Source: Candidatus Eiseniibacteriota bacterium (GTDB lineage: Bacteria > ARS69). From it: a stretch of 41,028 bases of DNA. Below the pieces are notes generated by a model, which was given only the letters and a program-made list of their open reading frames with translations, was not told the origin of the DNA and made no database searches. The stretch spans positions 1 through 41,028 of the forward strand of contig JBQTGV010000070.1 in assembly GCA_052390515.1 (NCBI GenBank). Direction: 5' to 3'. Shown here one piece after another: positions 35,998 through 41,028 of the stretch. Both the position numbers and the translations under genes were made by a program. Position 1 is the first letter of the stretch, and the number at the start of each line of letters is the position of its first letter.

Positions 35998-36241
35998 GCG
36001 GCACCCGCGCGCCCTGCCTTCGCCGCCGCCGCAGCTCGTGCTCGGCAACCTGCGCCTCACCCCGGCCGCCGAACGGCCCCGTCACCGCCGCGAGCCGCCA
36101 CGGCCGTCCGGCGCGCGTGGCCTTCGCCCCGCCGCGAACCTCACCGTTGTGCTGGGAGAGCCTTCGTTCCGCGTCAGTCGAGACACCGACGTAGGTGCGG
36201 TCTCCGCGCGCGGAGACGAGGACGTAGAGCCACCAGCTCAC
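35879..36241 (-). CDS. GIY-YIG nuclease family protein
   Basis: WLYVL...TYVGVSTD.ERRLSQHNG...GGAKATR..RPW...A..AE; GTGA overlap with the helicase stop; 3' end overlaps the TPR gene. Confidence 0.85.
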   Translation of the reverse strand: MSWWLYVLVSARGDRTYVGVSTDAERRLSQHNGEVRGGAKATRAGRPWRLAAVTGPFGGRGEAQVAEHELRRRRRQGARVPLSANVRAQPPGTARRSRARRGAHARTSGARLRGPRTSAG

Positions 36242-37680
36242 CGATCGCCACGACGCTTGCGGCGTCGCCTGCCGCGGCCGCCGCCCCCGCTCTCGCCGGA
36301 TGCCTTCTCCGGGCGGCGGCCGGCCTCGACCGGTTCGTCCGGCACCGCGAGCGGCGCATGCAGCGTCTCCTGGTAGTACTGGTCGATCAGCATGGCGATG
36401 GTGGCCAGCTCGTCGTCGCTCTCGCCGAGGCTCCTGGCCAGCGGCAGCATGCGCTGCATGCGCTCGGCGACGAGCTTGTCGAGATTGCGCAGCCGCGTCT
36501 CGAGGAGCGCCGTGACCCGCTCGGCTACCACCGTCTCCACGTCCTCCTTGGACGGCAGCTCCCGCCGCTCCATCTCGATCCCGTACTTCTTCGCCACCGC
36601 CTTCAGCTCGAGCCTCTCCAGCTTGTCGACCAGGGAGATGGCCGTTCCGCTGTCGCCGGCGCGTCCGGTCCGGTGGATGTACGACTCGGGATCCTCGGGG
36701 AACTCGTAGAGGAAAACGTGCGAGAGATGGGCGATGTCGATGCCGCGGCCGGCCACGTCGGTGGCCACGAGGAAGCGCACCTTGCGGTCGTACGCGCGGG
36801 CCAGCACCGCATCGCGCTCCTTCTGACTGAGCTCGGCGCTGAGCATCTCCGCGTCGTAGCCGAAGCGCTGCAGGACGACGGCGACGTAGCGCGTCGTCGC
36901 CTTCGTGTTGCAGAAGATCAGCGCGGAGTCGGGGTTCTCCACTTCGATGACGCGTACCAGCGCGCGGTCCTTTTCCAGCGAAGGAACCTCGTAGTACACG
37001 TGCTCGTTCTCGGCCACGTGCTCCTGGCCGTGCGAGAGCGAAAGGAACTCCGGCCGATCCAGGAACTGCCCCGCGAGCGAGAGCACCGCCTGCGGGTACG
37101 TGGCCGAGAACATGAAGCCGTCGCGGCCGTCGGGGAGGTAACGCGCCAGCTCGCGCATGTCCGGGTAGAAGCCCATGGAGAGCATGCGGTCCGCCTCGTC
37201 GAACACGAGCAGTCGGAGGTCGTCGAGGACGAGCGTGCCGCGCACCAGATGATCGAGGATCCGGCCCGGCGTGCCGACGACGACGTGCGCGCCCTGGCGG
37301 AGCGCGTCGAGCTGCGGCCCGTACCCGACGCCGCCGTACACCGCGACGGTGCGGACCGGAGAGCCCTTGGCCAGCCCTTCCGCATCCGAGATGACCTGCC
37401 GCGCCAGCTCCCGCGTGGGAACGAGCACGAGCGCCTGCGTCACCGCGTGCGCGGCCTCGATGCGCTCGAGGATCGGCAGCAGGAAGGCGCCGGTCTTGCC
37501 GCTGCCGGTGCGGGACTGCACCATGAGGTCGCGGCCGGCGCGCAGATAGGGAATGGCCTTGGCCTGCACGGGCATGAGCTGGTTCCAGCCGACCCGACGG
37601 CAGGCTTCCTGCAGCACGGCCGGGAGATCTTCGATCCGGATCTCGGGGAGGGGTTCTCCGGGTTCTTCTTGCTTCGCCAT
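36238..37680 (-). CDS. DEAD-box RNA helicase
   Basis: Q motif, SRTGSGKT, PTRELA, TPGR, DEAD, SAT, DVAGRGID; motif VI shortened (HRTGRAG). Confidence 0.93.
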   Translation of the reverse strand: MAKQEEPGEPLPEIRIEDLPAVLQEACRRVGWNQLMPVQAKAIPYLRAGRDLMVQSRTGSGKTGAFLLPILERIEAAHAVTQALVLVPTRELARQVISDAEGLAKGSPVRTVAVYGGVGYGPQLDALRQGAHVVVGTPGRILDHLVRGTLVLDDLRLLVFDEADRMLSMGFYPDMRELARYLPDGRDGFMFSATYPQAVLSLAGQFLDRPEFLSLSHGQEHVAENEHVYYEVPSLEKDRALVRVIEVENPDSALIFCNTKATTRYVAVVLQRFGYDAEMLSAELSQKERDAVLARAYDRKVRFLVATDVAGRGIDIAHLSHVFLYEFPEDPESYIHRTGRAGDSGTAISLVDKLERLELKAVAKKYGIEMERRELPSKEDVETVVAERVTALLETRLRNLDKLVAERMQRMLPLARSLGESDDELATIAMLIDQYYQETLHAPLAVPDEPVEAGRRPEKASGESGGGGRGRRRRKRRGDR

Positions 37681-37751
37681 CCGCGCAGCATAGGCTGCCG
37701 GACGAAGACACGCAAAGCGGAAACCGGCGGCTGCTGATATTCTCCGCGGCC

Positions 37752-38852
37752 ATGTGGAAGACCGCGGACGGCAGCACGGGCAGACTGATCCAGCTCTGTC
37801 TGGGCTACTTTTTCTTCTACGTGATCACCGGCGTGGCCGTGAAGTACTTCCTGGGGAGCGCCGAGCAGGGCTTCCCGGGAATGAACGGCATCGAGTATCT
37901 GGTGCACAGCACGGTCGGTTCCGCCGGCGTCGTCCTGCTGATCGTGCTGGCACTCCGCTGGTACCGGATCGAGACGCTCGGTAAGGCGAAGCTCGGACCC
38001 TTCGAGTTTTCCGGCGAGTTGCTCTACATCGTTCCGTCGGGCGTATGCACGGCCGTCGTCATCCCCACCACGACGCTCATGTACACGCTGCCCATCTCGG
38101 TCATGGTGGCGATGGTGATCATGCGCGGCAGCGTCATCGTCATCAGCCGCGCCGTCGACGCCGTCCAGATCCGGCAGGGGCTCCTGGACCGCAAGGTGTA
38201 CCGCGAGGAGAACATCGCCGTCGTCTTCGCGGTGGCCGCGGTGGCCGTTCATTTGGTCTTCGACCGGGGCGAAGGGACTTTCGACTTCGTGCGCTCGACC
38301 GCGGCGATGACCATCCTCGGGAGCTACATCGTCGCCTACTCGGTGCGCATCTACATCATGAACTACTACAAGAACACCCGGGCCAAGGGGCGTCCGCCGG
38401 ACAATCGCCCCTTCTTCGGACTGGAACAGCTCTCCGCCTCGGTGACGATCATCGTCGGCGGCCTGCTGCTCTACCACTCCCCCGCGCTCTTCGGCTGGTC
38501 CGGCGAGGTCATCGACCAGTACCGCGCTTCGTTCGCGACGCCGCTTCCCGCGCGGACGGCGGCCGCCGTCTCCGGGACGGCGTTCGGCGCGGTCGCGTTC
38601 TTCTCGGTGTTCCTGTTCATGTTCCACGGGCGGACGGCGACGTTCGCCGGGCTGGTGAACCGGCTCACCTCGCTGATCGCCGGCACCGCCGCGACGCTCA
38701 TCGTCCACTTCGCCTTCGGCGGCAGCTTCCCGGCGCTGCGGGACTGGGTGTCGCTCGGGCTGATCCTCGTGGCCATCGGGTTCCTGACGGGGGCCGAGCG
38801 GCGGCGCGTCGCCGAGCTGCGCGCCCGGAAGGAGCTGGCGGCGGCCCCTTGA
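37752..38852 (+). CDS. Multi-pass membrane protein (possibly DMT superfamily)
   Basis: About 10 hydrophobic segments with host-like codon usage; no diagnostic motif recognised. Confidence 0.65.
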   Translation: MWKTADGSTGRLIQLCLGYFFFYVITGVAVKYFLGSAEQGFPGMNGIEYLVHSTVGSAGVVLLIVLALRWYRIETLGKAKLGPFEFSGELLYIVPSGVCTAVVIPTTTLMYTLPISVMVAMVIMRGSVIVISRAVDAVQIRQGLLDRKVYREENIAVVFAVAAVAVHLVFDRGEGTFDFVRSTAAMTILGSYIVAYSVRIYIMNYYKNTRAKGRPPDNRPFFGLEQLSASVTIIVGGLLLYHSPALFGWSGEVIDQYRASFATPLPARTAAAVSGTAFGAVAFFSVFLFMFHGRTATFAGLVNRLTSLIAGTAATLIVHFAFGGSFPALRDWVSLGLILVAIGFLTGAERRRVAELRARKELAAAP

Positions 38853-38872
38853 CCGGCTGAGCCATCTACAGT

Positions 38873-38892
38873 ATTTCGTCGAACGACGAAAT
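38873..38892. promoter_or_regulatory. Putative ArsR operator
   Basis: Perfect inverted repeat ATTTCGTCG-aa-CGACGAAAT overlapping the first arsR ATG. Confidence 0.7.
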
Positions 38893-39271
38893 GGCGACGA
38901 GGCGACCTCTCCGACCGATCGAGCATGCCCGCCCGCCGGACGGTGGCCGGGAGCGCGGCTGCCCGCCCGACGCCATGCCGGCCCTGCCCCCTCCGGACGG
39001 CGACGCCGGAGACCGTACCCTGGCCGCACTGGCCCGGGCCGTGGGCCACCCGGCCCGCGTCCGTCTCCTCCGCCTCCTGCTGGCGCGCGACACCTGCGTC
39101 GCCGGGGAGCTGGCCGGCGAGGTCCCGCTCGCCGCCTCGACCGTCTCGGAGCATCTCCGGATCCTCAAGGAAGCGGGGCTCGTGAAGGGCGAGGTCGACG
39201 GACCGCGCCGCTGCTATTGCGTGGATCGCTCCGTGCTCGGACGGCTCAAGGCGCTCGTGGAGAAGCTGTGA
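38891..39271 (+). CDS. arsR: ArsR/SmtB family repressor
   Basis: RAVGHPARVRLL, CVAGEL, STVSEHLRILKEAGLV, GPRRCYC; heads arsC-acr3; start is 38891 or 38975. Confidence 0.88.
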   Translation: MATRRPLRPIEHARPPDGGRERGCPPDAMPALPPPDGDAGDRTLAALARAVGHPARVRLLRLLLARDTCVAGELAGEVPLAASTVSEHLRILKEAGLVKGEVDGPRRCYCVDRSVLGRLKALVEKL

Positions 39272-39699
39272 CGCGCGACCGACGACCGACGCTCCTGTTC
39301 GTCTGCGTCGAGAACTCCTGCCGTTCGCAGATGGCCGAAGGCTTCGCCCACGCGGTCGACGGCGGCGCCGTGTCGGCGTTCAGCGCCGGCTCGCGTCCGT
39401 CGGGCCGGGTGAACACGCGCGCCGTCCGCTTCATGGCGGAGAGAGGAATCGACCTCGCGCAGCAGCGCTCCAAGGGACTCGACGACCTGCCCGCTCGCCG
39501 CTGGGACTGGATCGTCACCATGGGCTGCGGTGATGCGTGTCCGCACCTGCCCGCCCGCCACCGCCTCGACTGGGAGCTGCCCGACCCCAAGGGACTGGAC
39601 GACGACGGCTTCCGCGCCGTCCGTGACCGCATCGAGGCACGGGTCCGCGAGCTGATCGCCACTGCGGTGGCCCGCGGGGGCGAGGAGGAGCGGCGATGA
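39268..39699 (+). CDS. arsC: Arsenate reductase, LMW-PTP family
   Basis: LFVCVENSCRSQMAEG P-loop, MGCGDACP, DPKG; GTGA overlap. Confidence 0.92.
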   Translation: MTRDRRPTLLFVCVENSCRSQMAEGFAHAVDGGAVSAFSAGSRPSGRVNTRAVRFMAERGIDLAQQRSKGLDDLPARRWDWIVTMGCGDACPHLPARHRLDWELPDPKGLDDDGFRAVRDRIEARVRELIATAVARGGEEERR

Positions 39700-39740
39700 G
39701 TGTACCGGCGCGGCCGAAGCGCATCGAGGATCGGCGATGA
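39696..39740 (+). other. 14-codon mini-ORF (MSVPARPKRIEDRR) linking arsC and acr3
   Basis: ATGA overlap at both ends; flanked by the direct repeat gagga(g/t)cggcgatgag. Confidence 0.45.
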
Positions 39741-40813
39741 GCGCGCCGGCGGCGAAACGCCTCGACGTCTTCGGACGGTATCTCACCGTGTGGGTCGTGC
39801 TGTGCATGGCCGCGGGCGTGCTGCTCGGGAAGCGGCTCCCCGAGCTGACCGACGCGCTGCGCGGCCTCGAGCTCGGCGAGGACAGCCGGATCAACGTGCC
39901 CATCGCCGTGCTGATCTGGCTGATGATCTACCCCATGATGCTGAAGATCGATCTGGCCAGCGTGCTCGGCGTCCGCAAGCGTCCCGGCGGGATCCTCGTG
40001 ACGCTGTTCGTCAACTGGCTGGTGAAGCCCTTCTCCATGGCGCTGCTCGCCTGGGTGTTCTTCAAGCACCTCTTCCTTCCGTTCATCGGACCGGAGCTGG
40101 CCGACCAGTACGTCGCCGGGGCGATCATCCTGGCCGCGGCCCCGTGCACCGCGATGGTCTTCGTGTGGTCCTACCTCACCGACGGTGATCCCGCGTACAC
40201 GCTGGTGCAGGTGTCGCTCAACGATCTGATCATGCTCGTGCTGTTCGCGCCGATCGTGGGGCTGCTGGTGGCCGGCGCCAGCGACCTGCAGGTGCCCTTC
40301 GCCGTGCTGCTCACCAGCGTTCTCGCGTTCATCGTCACCCCGCTGGCGCTCGGGGCCACCAGCCGCGTCCTGCTTCTCCGCACGAGGGGTCGGGCCTGGT
40401 TCGAAGGCGAGTTCCTGCCTCGCCTGCAGCCGGTCACGACGATCGCCCTTCTCGCGACGCTGATTCTCATCTTCGCCTTCCAGGCTGACAACCTCACCTC
40501 GCGATGGTTCCACGTCGTGCTGATCGCGGTGCCGATCCTCATCCAGGTCTACTTCAACTCGGCCCTGGCCTACGGTCTGATGAAGTGGCTCCGGGTCCCC
40601 CACGCCATCGCGGCTCCCGGGGCGCTCATCGGGGCCAGCAACTTCTTCGAGCTGGCCGTGGCGGTGGCCATCACGCTGTTCGGGCCCGAGTCCGGCGCGG
40701 CGCTGGCCACGGTGGTCGGCGTGCTCGTGGAGGTCCCGGTCATGCTGTCCGTCTGCGCCGCCTGCAACCGGACGCGCCACTGGTTCCCCGCGCCGGCCCC
40801 GACGAGAGCCTGA
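39737..40813 (+). CDS. acr3: Acr3 arsenite efflux transporter
   Basis: RYLTVWV, MIYPMM, NWLVKPFSM, AAPCTAMVFVWS, GASNFFELAVA, VGVLVEVPVML. Confidence 0.96.
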   Translation: MSAPAAKRLDVFGRYLTVWVVLCMAAGVLLGKRLPELTDALRGLELGEDSRINVPIAVLIWLMIYPMMLKIDLASVLGVRKRPGGILVTLFVNWLVKPFSMALLAWVFFKHLFLPFIGPELADQYVAGAIILAAAPCTAMVFVWSYLTDGDPAYTLVQVSLNDLIMLVLFAPIVGLLVAGASDLQVPFAVLLTSVLAFIVTPLALGATSRVLLLRTRGRAWFEGEFLPRLQPVTTIALLATLILIFAFQADNLTSRWFHVVLIAVPILIQVYFNSALAYGLMKWLRVPHAIAAPGALIGASNFFELAVAVAITLFGPESGAALATVVGVLVEVPVMLSVCAACNRTRHWFPAPAPTRA

Positions 40814-40980
40814 CCGGCCGCTCCGGCGGTGGGGCGATCCGCGGCCGGCGAACTCGTCACTCCCGCGGCTGGCCGAAACCCGGCCTCACGGTTACGAAGA
40901 AACCAGTTGCCGCCGGCTTCGCCCCGGTAGTAGTGTTCCTGCGTGCCCGCCGCCTGACGCGGCGAAGAAGGAATCGACCG

Positions 40981-41028
40981 ATGATGACCCTCACCTTCGA
41001 GATCCGGATGCCGGTCCCCGGCGATTCC
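40981..41028 (+). CDS. Possible 5' fragment of the next gene (MMTLTFEIRMPVPGDS...)
   Basis: ATG after a purine-rich GAAGAAGG; frame open to the window edge. Confidence 0.35.
   Translation, partial: MMTLTFEIRMPVPGDS

Overview
A very GC-rich bacterial window (roughly 70% by eye), almost fully coding, with one lower-GC island at about 11.7-13.8 kb. I found no rRNA, tRNA, CRISPR array, transposase or integrase. In order it carries: a DUF3224/YfiT/TfoX/uppP operon with an internally deleted DinB remnant; an ECF sigma - soluble zinc anti-sigma - TPR-CHAT protease - S8 lipoprotein locus whose promoter-sized intergenic gaps share a GTATC-N17/18-GTC motif; MATE-like, PQQ-dehydrogenase-like, sulfotransferase-like, ankyrin and thiD genes; a large minus-strand locus in which glgB and glgA are interleaved and translationally coupled with five ATP-grasp ligases, an S51 (cyanophycinase-family) peptidase, two alpha/beta-hydrolases and an SGNH hydrolase, interrupted by an SPFH-HTH gene and two bacteriocin-like GG/two-Cys peptides; a SigK/RskA-type pair divergent from a DUF4331-DUF4331-TPR operon; GIY-YIG and DEAD-box genes; and an arsR-arsC-acr3 operon. 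The best candidates for undescribed systems are the glycogen/ATP-grasp locus, the CHAT-protease/ECF locus and the two-peptide pair. All family calls rest on motifs recognised by eye, not on database searches.
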